Below are positions 63,480 through 64,000 of a DNA stretch of 64,000 bases, piece by piece; the first letter of the stretch is position 1; every line of letters begins with the position of its first letter. The translations under genes and the position numbers were made by a program. The notes beneath the pieces were generated by a model. The model did no database searches and was not told the DNA's origin. It saw only the letters and a list, made by a program, of their open reading frames with translations. Origin of the DNA: Guillardia theta CCMP2712 (lineage: Eukaryota > Protista > Cryptophyta); the NCBI RefSeq assembly GCF_000315625.1, contig NW_005434655.1, positions 884,259 to 948,258 of the forward strand. Direction: 5' to 3'.

Positions 63480-64000
63480 CGCAGCCTTCAGAACTCGGAA
63501 CGACGCCGCCGCCGTGACCGTCGGTCAGGTCCGTCACACCGTGCCGCGTGTGCCACCATCTTGTCGGAGCAGCCAGCAGAGCCTACAAACGGCGGTACCG
63601 TACGGTACTACTCAGTACCTCCCGGACTCCGGGAGTCCTGATTTTTAACTTAACTTTGAGTAAAGATTGTCCTCGTACTGTAAACCGTACGGTAGTAAGT
63701 TTCAGTGACGGTAGTACCGACGGTAGCCTACCGGGGACTCACGGTGGCACGGCGGCACCGTGGCATGCGGCACGCGGCAATCACGGCCCGCCGCGGCGGG
63801 GGCGCGGCGGCAAGTCCGGCGGGCAAACGGCCGGCCAGGCCGTTTGCCCGGGCCAGGCCGGGCGGGGCGGCGGCAAACGGCCCTGGCCGGGCCCCGGCCG
63901 GGCGTGACTTGAAAACTTGATCATCGGTGTCAAGTGTGGGGGCCGGCCCGGGCCGGCCCGGCCCGCGGACCCGGCCGACCGGCGGGCCGCGCCCACGCAG
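63480..64000. repeat. GC-rich (GGCCG/CCGGG) low-complexity intergenic repeat
   Basis: Similar tracts occur at ~31720-32190, 45420-46000 and 49970-50480. Confidence 0.6.

Overview
Eukaryotic nuclear DNA with short GT-AG introns (about 47-50 nt where mapped), many intronic microsatellites and GC-rich intergenic repeats. The style resembles a cryptophyte alga such as Guillardia (inference). Recognisable genes: a large Roco protein (LRR-Roc-COR-TIR with a C-terminal EF-hand pair), a membrane protein with two RelA/SpoT-like nucleotidyltransferase domains, a ZIP/ZupT transporter, a sulfotransferase, two beta-helix proteins (one with PDZ), a dsRBD+NYN/PIN protein, a PAN-like/glycosyltransferase protein, a bHLH(-PAS)-like factor, an OPR/RAP-type protein, a signal-peptide-bearing mitochondrial-carrier protein, PIG-A and a FAM133-like protein. 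The main finding is at 6.2-9.3 kb, which looks ORF-free but holds a regular array of 33 single-codon (3-nt) microexons (AG-NNN-GT, roughly one per 85 nt). Together with two paralogous 87-nt zinc-finger exons, they splice in phase 0 into the Roco ORF. Several homopolymer frameshifts suggest residual assembly errors.
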